From an uncultured Aminicenantes bacterium (GTDB lineage: Bacteria > Acidobacteriota > Aminicenantia > UBA2199), in contig CBDAFS010000012.1 in assembly GCA_965195285.1 (NCBI GenBank), positions 1 through 64,000 of the forward strand: a stretch of DNA of 64,000 bases, in the 5' to 3' direction. Under the pieces are notes generated by a model. That model searched no databases, was not told the DNA's origin, and saw only the letters and a list, made by a program, of their open reading frames with translations. This document shows, piece after piece, positions 47,498 through 55,722 of this stretch (position 1 is its first letter; every line of letters starts with the position of its first letter). The position numbers and the translations under genes are program-made.

Positions 47498-49546
47498 ATG
47501 AAATTCAAACTGATGATAATGGTGGCCCTGTTGATCTCGCTCAGCCTGATCGGGTTTGAAAAGGCTGAAGAAAAAGCCACTGCAGATAGTGCCGGTCGCA
47601 TGCCGGCTCAGGCCGAACCGATTACCATCAATCTGGGTATCGATTCCCAGAATTGTATCTTTGACCTGTGCTCGGATAACAACAATAATGTTCATTTTAT
47701 CTGGGAAGGCAATGATGGATCCCTTCATTACGCCCAGATTGTTCAGAATGCAGTTGTGAACGAGGAGGTTGTTCCGGATTCCCATGATGTGTTTCCCCAG
47801 TTTCAACGGCCCAGGATCATGGCCCGGCCCAGCGGAGAGAGTGTTCATATCTCTTGGATGAGTCCAAGACCCGGAGACCATCTGGTTCATGTGTGGAAGG
47901 ATGCCTCCGGCTGGCACCGGGAACATGTCTGGACCGGTTCCGGGGCCCATATATCCCAGCCTGTGGGTGGAGCCGATCTGTCCGGAAAAATGCATTTCAC
48001 CGGTCAGGTCTGGACCCCGCTGCCCAACTTCTGGAGTACGGTGAAGTACTGGACCGGAGAGCCTGGCAGTTATAACAATGGCTGGACCCTGGTTGAGGGT
48101 GCGATCAAGTGGAGAGATACGGCTATGTTTATCGATATGGAAGGCGGTGTCCATGCGGTTTACAAGAGTGGCCAGGATCCGGGTAAGTATGTTTACTGTG
48201 CCAATGGCGGGACCCTTATCGATTCACCGGTTCAGGATATTCCCACCCCGCCGGGAGAGAAATGCGTTTCCTTCGGTGATCTTTTTGTGGACCGAGAACT
48301 GAATGTTCACCATGCCCATATGACCTACAGCTCTATGTCGGTTTATTATGAAGTGAAATATGCCGGCAGCGATGAATGGACCGATCAGTACAATGTCAGC
48401 AATGGTCCGATTGAGCTATGTAATATTCATGAGTATGATAATGCCTGGCCCAGCATCGCAGTCGGTCCCGAAGGCCGGGTTTACGTGGCCTGGGCTGATA
48501 TGCCCTGTCCGGATCAGGAAGCCAACCGGATCAACCTGGCTGTTAAGGAAGACGGGCAGTGGAGCAAAGAAACCCTGACCCTGGATGCCCACATTACCTT
48601 TCACAGCAAACCGGCCATTACCGCCAATGAAAACGGGATTTACCTGATCTGGCGCGACTGGCACGAAGAATTGATCCTCTATTCCATTATCCATAAAGAA
48701 TTGTTTATCTCCACTCCCCATGCCAACCAGAATATCTGTGATGATGTGGAAAAAATTGAAGCCAAGGTTCAGGTTCCTGCCGAGATGACCCGGGTTGAAT
48801 TCTATGTGGATGATGTGTTGCTCGGCGAAGCCACGGCCGAACCCTATGAGATCGATTGGGATATTTCCCTGTATGAAAAGGGAGATCATGACATCAAGGT
48901 TATTGGCTATAAGACCAACACTGAGATCATTGAGGATGAAATCACCGTGGACATGAATTGCCCGCCCACCATTGCCGTTGCCAATTTGATCTGGAACGGT
49001 TCTGTGGCCGGTGTGGTTGATGTGATTGCCAAGACCAGCGATGACAAGGGTCAAGTTGAGAAAGTCGATTTTTATGTGGATGGAAAACTGAAGAGCACGG
49101 CAACCGAGGATCCCTTTACTTATAGCTGGAATACCCAGTCCTATGCCCAGGGATCCGCCCACAAGCTGAATGCGGTGGTCTATGATGAATCTATGGTAAC
49201 CGATGAAGATACTGTCAGGGTAATCACATATCCGATTTACCCCCCCATCTCGCTAACCGGGGAATCCCTGATCAACCGGACCCTTTTTGTGGTCGAATAC
49301 TTTGCCAAGTTGACCTGGCAGACTAATCCCCAGAACACTCTCAATATTGTGGCTTTCCGGATTTATTATGTCGAAGACGGAGAACTGGTACTGGTGGATG
49401 AAGTGGATGGGAACACCTTCGAATACAATCACCGGAATGCCAGTGAGAATGAAGATGAATATGTATATGTGGTGACCTCTGTGGCCGGGAACGGCAAGGA
49501 AAGCCACGGGGCCTATGTCATTCTGGAAAAACCCCAGGATGAGTGA
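47498..49546 (+). CDS. Secreted acidic surface protein: beta-propeller, two Ig-like (Big) domains, C-terminal FN3-like domain
   Basis: Signal peptide; repeated VH(F/I/A)xW blades; two V(E/D)FYVD...P(Y/F)...W(D/N) Ig repeats; LTWQTNP...FRIY...YVVTSV..NG.ES. Confidence 0.8.
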   Translation: MKFKLMIMVALLISLSLIGFEKAEEKATADSAGRMPAQAEPITINLGIDSQNCIFDLCSDNNNNVHFIWEGNDGSLHYAQIVQNAVVNEEVVPDSHDVFPQFQRPRIMARPSGESVHISWMSPRPGDHLVHVWKDASGWHREHVWTGSGAHISQPVGGADLSGKMHFTGQVWTPLPNFWSTVKYWTGEPGSYNNGWTLVEGAIKWRDTAMFIDMEGGVHAVYKSGQDPGKYVYCANGGTLIDSPVQDIPTPPGEKCVSFGDLFVDRELNVHHAHMTYSSMSVYYEVKYAGSDEWTDQYNVSNGPIELCNIHEYDNAWPSIAVGPEGRVYVAWADMPCPDQEANRINLAVKEDGQWSKETLTLDAHITFHSKPAITANENGIYLIWRDWHEELILYSIIHKELFISTPHANQNICDDVEKIEAKVQVPAEMTRVEFYVDDVLLGEATAEPYEIDWDISLYEKGDHDIKVIGYKTNTEIIEDEITVDMNCPPTIAVANLIWNGSVAGVVDVIAKTSDDKGQVEKVDFYVDGKLKSTATEDPFTYSWNTQSYAQGSAHKLNAVVYDESMVTDEDTVRVITYPIYPPISLTGESLINRTLFVVEYFAKLTWQTNPQNTLNIVAFRIYYVEDGELVLVDEVDGNTFEYNHRNASENEDEYVYVVTSVAGNGKESHGAYVILEKPQDE

Positions 49547-49637
49547 TTGAATCCGGATACGACCAATCATTTGTTGAAAACCTCGGACTGAAGTTCTACT
49601 GCGGTTCGAAGTTGAGTTCCTGGAGACGGGGAAAAAT

Positions 49638-52106
49638 GTGAACAGCAGGCCAAAGAATCGATATCAGTCTCCTTTCACAGCCAAGTATCTCCTGATTTTT
49701 CTCATTCTCCTAGTCGCTATTTTAATCAACCGTTTCTGGTTGCTGCCCCATATCGATACCCATGTGTTCCGGGGTGTCCCCAATTTTTATACCTGGATCG
49801 TGCTGTGGAATTGTCATTGCCTGGAAACACTTGATTTCACTGATTATTGGTCCGGTAATGCCATGTATCCCTATCCCTTTGCCCTGGCCTTTTCGGAAAA
49901 CATGCTGGGGGTGACCCCCTTTGCCTTCCCCATATGGATCCTCACCCGGAATCCGGTTTTGACTGCCAATTTGCTTTCCATTCTGATGCTGTGGCTCACC
50001 GCTATCATGACTTTCTGGTTTTTGAGAAAATTAATCGGAGCCGGATGGCCGGCCCTGGCCGGGGCCTTGATTTTTTCCCTGAATCCCTGGATCCTGAAGG
50101 CTTTTTCTCTGGGAAGGTTTCACATGCTGGGCTTGATGTGGCTGCCCCTTATCCTCTACGCCAACCGGGAATTCTGGGAAAGGGGTTTGAAGCGTCATTT
50201 GTGGGTGATAGGAGGTTTCTGGCTCTGGACCTTTGCCATCAATATATATCTCGGTATTTTTCTGGGGATATTTCTGGGAATTTGGAATCTAATCTGGTTT
50301 TTCTATCAGAGGCGAAATTTCAGCAAAAGGAAGATTGTCCAGTGGGTGGTCTGTGTGTTCCTGGTCTGGCTTTTAATGGTTCCGGTATTTTTGAATTACC
50401 AGCAGGCGGCTCGCCATACCGGAATGATCAGAACCCTGGAAAACCAGGTTCAATATACCGGTCCGATCTGGAGCTGGTTTACGGTCAGTGATGAGAACTG
50501 GTTGTGGGGCCAGACCTTAAAGTTTTTGCCCACCGGGAAACGGGATGGAATCGTTGAAAACTATATGTTTCCGGGTTTTTTGGTACTGGGATTTTTTGGT
50601 TTCAGCTTTTTGATCAAAAAAATGCCCGCCTGGCTGAGCAGTTTAAGGCTGACCGGACTATGTCTTTTTATCCTATCCATGGGACCCTATGCCCTTGGCA
50701 TTCCCTGGAAAATCCCGCTTCCCTTCCAGTTGCTATGGTTTGCATACCCACCGCTTCAGGCCACCCGTAATCCCCATCGGCTATCTTTGTTTGTTATACT
50801 GATCATTGCGGTGCTGGCCGCCTATATCATGAAAAACTTTTTTAAACGCAAACCGCTGAAGGGTTTTTTCATTGGATTTATTATTCTGGGGATTTGTGTG
50901 GAATCGATGAGCCTGGTAAATCCTCAACGGGCCCTGGACCGGAACAATAAAGAATTCTATGGTCAGATAGAAGCGGACAAGCAGTCCCGTACCCTCATTG
51001 AACTTCCGGTCAATATTCACACCGATATCCGGGCCATGGTGAGTTCCTCTCATCACTGGAAGCGGCTGGTGAACGGGGTGTCCGGATTGTGGCCGCCTTT
51101 ACAATCCCAGCTGGAAACGGAAATGAGAGAATTTCCCTCCTCTCACTCCATCCGGATTTTACAGTCTCTGGAGGTAGACCGGATTGTGATTCACGAACGA
51201 TACTACGGGAAAGACCGGAGGAGATTATTAATGCGAATCCAGCAATACCCGGAAATCAGGTTGTTGAACCGGAGCGGATATTTATCTCTCTGGTCATTGA
51301 AAGGCGGAGACATTCGCCATGATCTACAGCCTTGCCAAGACCTTGGAATCTCTACACCCTCCCGATTTGTTTCCGGTACCGTGAATTTCTGCCTGGAGGT
51401 CAAACCTGCTGAAAAAGCCATGGTATTCAACCTGAAAGCGCCCTCGAGATTCAGTTTTACACCGTCGCGTTTATGGGAATTGAAAACCCGAATTCAGGGT
51501 TCCGAAATCAGGCCCTTGGCGGAAAGCTGGAGGCCGCCGGCATTATTCCACTGGTTCAACCGGCAAAAGAAAATTGAGCTGGATATATCGGCCGGCTCCC
51601 AGCGGTTGGTGGTTGATATCGATATCATGGGCGAAACACTGCGATTGTCCAAACCGGTTGAGGTGGTCGAAGTCCAGAAATCAGAATATGGACTTCCCGG
51701 TTCACTGAGGCTACCCATGGGATATCATGCCATTGCCTGGGATCAACTGGAAGTGTCTCTGGAAGCCAGTTGGGCCAACCCTAACCTGGCCCGGCTGGAT
51801 GGTTATCTGGAAGGCGTCATCACCGTTGTGAATCCCGGTCCCTATTACTGGGTATCCGGAGAACAGCAGGGGGTGGTCCTGGGAGTTCAACTGGTCGGTC
51901 AGGTCGAAACCAGGGAATCGGAATATTGGCTGCCCCATGACCTTTTTCCCGGCGATCAGGCGACATGTCGGGTCCGGATTCCGCTGCCGGACCGATATCA
52001 AGGCGTGACGGTTTTTTTAAATTGTCTGGTCAGGGGACCCGGTCCGTTCAGGAAATGGTTTCCCGAAAACAACCGGATTCAATGCTGGCGAGACCCATCC
52101 GACTGA
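49638..52106 (+). CDS. YfhO-like GT-C membrane protein with C-terminal extracytoplasmic domains
   Basis: W...W...N.MYPYP..LAFSE, ~12 TMs, R.P.R, ELP...LVNGVSG.WPP. Confidence 0.72.
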   Translation: MNSRPKNRYQSPFTAKYLLIFLILLVAILINRFWLLPHIDTHVFRGVPNFYTWIVLWNCHCLETLDFTDYWSGNAMYPYPFALAFSENMLGVTPFAFPIWILTRNPVLTANLLSILMLWLTAIMTFWFLRKLIGAGWPALAGALIFSLNPWILKAFSLGRFHMLGLMWLPLILYANREFWERGLKRHLWVIGGFWLWTFAINIYLGIFLGIFLGIWNLIWFFYQRRNFSKRKIVQWVVCVFLVWLLMVPVFLNYQQAARHTGMIRTLENQVQYTGPIWSWFTVSDENWLWGQTLKFLPTGKRDGIVENYMFPGFLVLGFFGFSFLIKKMPAWLSSLRLTGLCLFILSMGPYALGIPWKIPLPFQLLWFAYPPLQATRNPHRLSLFVILIIAVLAAYIMKNFFKRKPLKGFFIGFIILGICVESMSLVNPQRALDRNNKEFYGQIEADKQSRTLIELPVNIHTDIRAMVSSSHHWKRLVNGVSGLWPPLQSQLETEMREFPSSHSIRILQSLEVDRIVIHERYYGKDRRRLLMRIQQYPEIRLLNRSGYLSLWSLKGGDIRHDLQPCQDLGISTPSRFVSGTVNFCLEVKPAEKAMVFNLKAPSRFSFTPSRLWELKTRIQGSEIRPLAESWRPPALFHWFNRQKKIELDISAGSQRLVVDIDIMGETLRLSKPVEVVEVQKSEYGLPGSLRLPMGYHAIAWDQLEVSLEASWANPNLARLDGYLEGVITVVNPGPYYWVSGEQQGVVLGVQLVGQVETRESEYWLPHDLFPGDQATCRVRIPLPDRYQGVTVFLNCLVRGPGPFRKWFPENNRIQCWRDPSD

Positions 52107-52131
52107 GATAGTCAATCAGAACTTGAAACCG

Positions 52132-53511
52132 TTAATCCTGAATGTATCCCAGGCTTTTCAGTTTTTCAATGTCTTCCTGTGAGAGTTTTGACGGATTCAG
52201 ATGATATTTCCGGGTTTCTTTGATGCAGTCTTTCACCGACTCTGCATACTGCTTCAGCTCTGACTCAAGGGCCAGAAAATTTTTGTCCTGGAATTTGTAA
52301 ATATTATTGAGTTCGAATCCATCGTTTTTCAAATTGAATACTTCGAATCTTCTCGATCTGTCGGTCAGGATTATTTTTCTTGAATTCCGAACCAGGCCGT
52401 ATTTGATCGGATAAACCCGGGTCTTGAATTTTATTCCCTTTTTAAAAACTGCCCTGCCCTTATAGGTTTCGAAGAAAACCTTTTTTCTGCGGTCGGGCAC
52501 CATTAAATTGATGCCTTCCATTTGGGGGGGCAGGGGGATCTTCAGAATGGAGAGAATGGTAGGTGAAATATCCAAAATGGAGACATAGTCGTTTCGGATA
52601 CGTTTCTCCGGCCGGTTCCCGGGCGGTTTGATAATCAGGGGTACCAGGAGGGTCGAATTGTATAGATTCCTGCCATGCCTAAAATATTTGTGTTCACCGA
52701 AACTCTCGCCATGGTCCGAATTGAAGATGATCAGGGCATCCCGGTACAGTCCAAGGGATTTTATTTTGGCGATCATTTTACCAAAATAAAAATCGGTCAG
52801 GCCGATTTCACTGTCATATTTCTCAATTTTCTGAAACTGGGTGCCAGCCGGGTAGAGGGATTTGTTTTTTTTCTGGAAATCGAACCGGAATTTCCGGTGG
52901 AATATATAGGGGGCATGGGGTTCGGTATAATGAACCCAGAGGAATATTCTTTTACCCTGATTCTTTTCCAGCCAGGTACTGGCCCTTTGGGTAACGTTCC
53001 GGGCTTTCCCTTCCGTATTCAGTATCCCCATCCATCTTTTTTTTCCAAGTACCTCGTCATACAAGTCAAAATCCCTGTCCAGGCCGCAAAGTTTCTTACG
53101 CAGGGACCAGTTGGATATAAAGGCGGCGCAGGCATAACCATGGGACTTTAAAAACCAGGGCAATGTATGAATATTACTGTATATAGACAGTCCGTTCCGC
53201 TTGGATCCGTGTTTGTGGGGAGGGAGCGAGGTCAGCATACTGGCAAAAGCCGGTGAAGTCAACGGGGTAATGGTATAACTCCGGGAGAAAAGCAAGCCAT
53301 CTCTGGAAAAAGCATCAATTTCCGGCGATGTGTTCAGCGGGTATCCGTAACAGCCCAGGTGATCGGCTCTCAACGTATCAACCGATATGATGATGATGTT
53401 TTTTAGATCGGGGGATTCGGCGGGAAGTGAAAGACAGCCCAGGGTCCAGATTAAAATCAGGACGAGTATGCGGTGGGTCGGTCCGACTTTCAAATGGGTT
53501 TTAAGATTCAT
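52132..53511 (-). CDS. Exported sulfatase-like protein, Thr nucleophile
   Basis: Signal peptide; VDTLRADH, PLTSPAFASMLTS, HYTEPH, SDHGE, LKSLGY. Confidence 0.88.
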   Translation of the reverse strand: MNLKTHLKVGPTHRILVLILIWTLGCLSLPAESPDLKNIIIISVDTLRADHLGCYGYPLNTSPEIDAFSRDGLLFSRSYTITPLTSPAFASMLTSLPPHKHGSKRNGLSIYSNIHTLPWFLKSHGYACAAFISNWSLRKKLCGLDRDFDLYDEVLGKKRWMGILNTEGKARNVTQRASTWLEKNQGKRIFLWVHYTEPHAPYIFHRKFRFDFQKKNKSLYPAGTQFQKIEKYDSEIGLTDFYFGKMIAKIKSLGLYRDALIIFNSDHGESFGEHKYFRHGRNLYNSTLLVPLIIKPPGNRPEKRIRNDYVSILDISPTILSILKIPLPPQMEGINLMVPDRRKKVFFETYKGRAVFKKGIKFKTRVYPIKYGLVRNSRKIILTDRSRRFEVFNLKNDGFELNNIYKFQDKNFLALESELKQYAESVKDCIKETRKYHLNPSKLSQEDIEKLKSLGYIQD

Positions 53512-53598
53512 GTTTTTTCTCTCCGCTAATGGCCTTCCTTATTATAATATTTGCGGGTAGAATTGTAAAATCCGGCCAGATTCTGCTGCCAGCCCTGC

Positions 53599-53627
53599 TT
53601 GACACAATACCGGGCATTCAGTATAAT
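53599..53627 (+). promoter_or_regulatory. Perfect-consensus sigma70 promoter heading the 53660-63518 operon
   Basis: TTGACA-17 bp-TATAAT exactly. Confidence 0.85.
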
Positions 53628-53659
53628 AGGGCTTATCTTTTTCCATACACGGAAATATC

Positions 53660-54940
53660 ATGAAACGCACCATAGTAGTTGCCACCGTTCTATTTATTGC
53701 CCTGTTGATCCTGGTGTATTTTATATTCTTTCATACCGGAAATCAAAACTGGATACTGGATGATATCCAATTCAAGGCCCGGGACGGATTTGTCCTGGAT
53801 GCCTACCTGCTCCGGCCCGAAGTACCCCGGAAAAAATACCCGGCTGTGGCCTGCTTCCATCAGTTATGGGGAAACCGGGATGATTTTTTGAAACTCTTTC
53901 CCAAGCTGGCAGAAGCCGGTATCGTGGTCCTGGCTCCGAATTTTCCCAGGCAGCAGCCCACCTATGACCCCAGAAGGATCTCCGATTTGAGAAATACCCT
54001 TGATTTTCTGGAAAACATTGACTATGTGGATGGGCAAAAACTGGGGATGGTCACGGCCAGTTTTTCGGTTGAGACCGGTATGACTGCCATCAACCAGAAA
54101 CCCAATGTGATTGCCAGCGTGATGATTTCCGGACAGATTCTGCGTGAAAATTCCCGAAAGAGGCTGACCCATAATTCAAATCTGGCCATTTTTAATATTG
54201 CCAGTGTTCATGATGGCTCGCATTATCTGATCATGAAGGAATGCCTGGCCAGAAGCCTGAATCCGTTTTCCCGTTCATTCTTCATCGAAAAAAAGGAGGA
54301 TCCTTTTTCAATTCAGGCTCATGGCACCTTTGTCTTTGATGAAATTCCGGACAGTCTGGACCGGATTCAACAATTTTTCATGGATGTTTTCGGAATTTCC
54401 ATCAAAAATGAAAAATTAATCGATAAGGAGGTTTTGAAAAACACCGTTTATTTATCCTCAACCGACGGATTACCGGTAGTGGCAACCCTGAAGCTTCCCG
54501 AAAGTCCTCACCATCCTATGCCCGTAGTCATTCTGTATCCTCCCCAGTTTGAGAGTCGGATGTACTATGATAAACTGGCCGATCGGCTGGCAGAAAACGG
54601 GATTGCGGTTCTGGCTCCCAATACCAAACGAACTTGCCGTGAGCCGGTCAAGCTTCATCTCTGTGATAAGGAAATTCACGGCGCCCTTCAATATATTTTG
54701 AAAGACGGGCGGTTTGATCCCAGCCGCATTGCCCTGGTTTTTCCCTCATTCTACTTCCTGATTGCCCGGCAAATGATCGAAAACCGGGAAATTCCGGTGA
54801 AGATGGTGGTGATGATGGAGGCCGGCACCAAAAATTACGAAATTAATCCACGCAAAATAGACCATGCCGGTTATTGCTTTTATTACCTGAAAAAGCCCAG
54901 TCTGGGCCGGTTGAAATACATATTATTAAATTCATTATGA
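53660..54940 (+). CDS. Membrane-anchored protein with tandem alpha/beta-hydrolase-like repeats
   Basis: N-terminal TM; repeat 1 ARDG..LDAYL.RP..PAV..FH..LAEAGIVVLAPN; repeat 2 STDG..VATL..P..PVV..LAENGIAVLAPN. Confidence 0.72.
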   Translation: MKRTIVVATVLFIALLILVYFIFFHTGNQNWILDDIQFKARDGFVLDAYLLRPEVPRKKYPAVACFHQLWGNRDDFLKLFPKLAEAGIVVLAPNFPRQQPTYDPRRISDLRNTLDFLENIDYVDGQKLGMVTASFSVETGMTAINQKPNVIASVMISGQILRENSRKRLTHNSNLAIFNIASVHDGSHYLIMKECLARSLNPFSRSFFIEKKEDPFSIQAHGTFVFDEIPDSLDRIQQFFMDVFGISIKNEKLIDKEVLKNTVYLSSTDGLPVVATLKLPESPHHPMPVVILYPPQFESRMYYDKLADRLAENGIAVLAPNTKRTCREPVKLHLCDKEIHGALQYILKDGRFDPSRIALVFPSFYFLIARQMIENREIPVKMVVMMEAGTKNYEINPRKIDHAGYCFYYLKKPSLGRLKYILLNSL

Positions 54941-55722
54941 TGAAAATATTCGGATTGCATCGGGCCTGTATTTTGGGTTTTGTCCTGTTTTTGTTCATTC
55001 TATTTTCAGTTGCGGCGGTTCCCCGATTACCCGGGGGTGATGCTGAACCGGATCCCCGAATCGGAGCTCAGGTGTTTATACGTTCCGGGAATTATTATGT
55101 GGGAAACCCGACCGAAACAAACACTCAGTCCCACCGACTGATGGCATTCAGAGATTTTTATATAGATATCCACCCGGTGACCAATTTTCAATATGTGGAG
55201 TTTATTAACCGGAGCCGTTATCATCCACGGGGAAAGTTCAGCATTGAAGAGGCCCGAAAGAATCCCTGGCTGCCGGCCACCGGCCTGATCCATGCTGATG
55301 CCGAGGCCTTTGCCGATTTCCATCAGAAACGCCTGCCCACGGAATGGGAGTGGGAAATTGCGGCGCGTTCTCTGGAAAAGGATGTGTTGTATGCCATCGG
55401 ATCTCTGCCCACTCTGGAAACCGGTAATTTTTACCGTTATAAACAGAAGAACGGGGTCACTCCGGGTTTTTCCTACCCGCCCAATAAACTGGGAATATAC
55501 GGGATGGCCGGAAATGTGTTTGAATGGACATCCAGTTTATATCCGATCGAGAAACTCAAGGGGGCCTATTTTCAGAAATACCGCCTCATGGTTTTAAGAG
55601 GAGGTGCCTGGACCAATATTCCCCATGATGTGCGAGTGACAACCCGGACACCGTTTCCGGCCAGCAGAAGTCTGGAATGGCTGGGATTCAGGTGTGTTTC
55701 TGAGAAACCGGTCCAGCATTGA
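54937..55722 (+). CDS. FGE/SUMF1-fold protein lacking the catalytic cysteines
   Basis: FYID.HPVTN.QY, KRLPTEWEWE.AAR, GMAGNVFEW, RGGAW, GFRC; no CxxxxC after RGG; ATGA overlap with the upstream stop. Confidence 0.85.
   Translation: MMKIFGLHRACILGFVLFLFILFSVAAVPRLPGGDAEPDPRIGAQVFIRSGNYYVGNPTETNTQSHRLMAFRDFYIDIHPVTNFQYVEFINRSRYHPRGKFSIEEARKNPWLPATGLIHADAEAFADFHQKRLPTEWEWEIAARSLEKDVLYAIGSLPTLETGNFYRYKQKNGVTPGFSYPPNKLGIYGMAGNVFEWTSSLYPIEKLKGAYFQKYRLMVLRGGAWTNIPHDVRVTTRTPFPASRSLEWLGFRCVSEKPVQH

Noticed and set aside
49580-49612. Imperfect hairpin after the surface-protein gene
   Set aside because: Several G-U pairs and a mismatch, no U-tract; too weak to call a terminator.
12149-53511. Polysaccharide-utilisation (sulfated glycan degradation) locus: TonB receptor plus sulfatases
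   Set aside because: No glycoside hydrolases or SusD-like gene, no FGly motif, and the neighbours are biosynthetic.
54937-55722. FGE/CLec-fold gene as a diversity-generating retroelement target
   Set aside because: No reverse transcriptase and no second near-copy (template repeat) of its 3' end found in the window.
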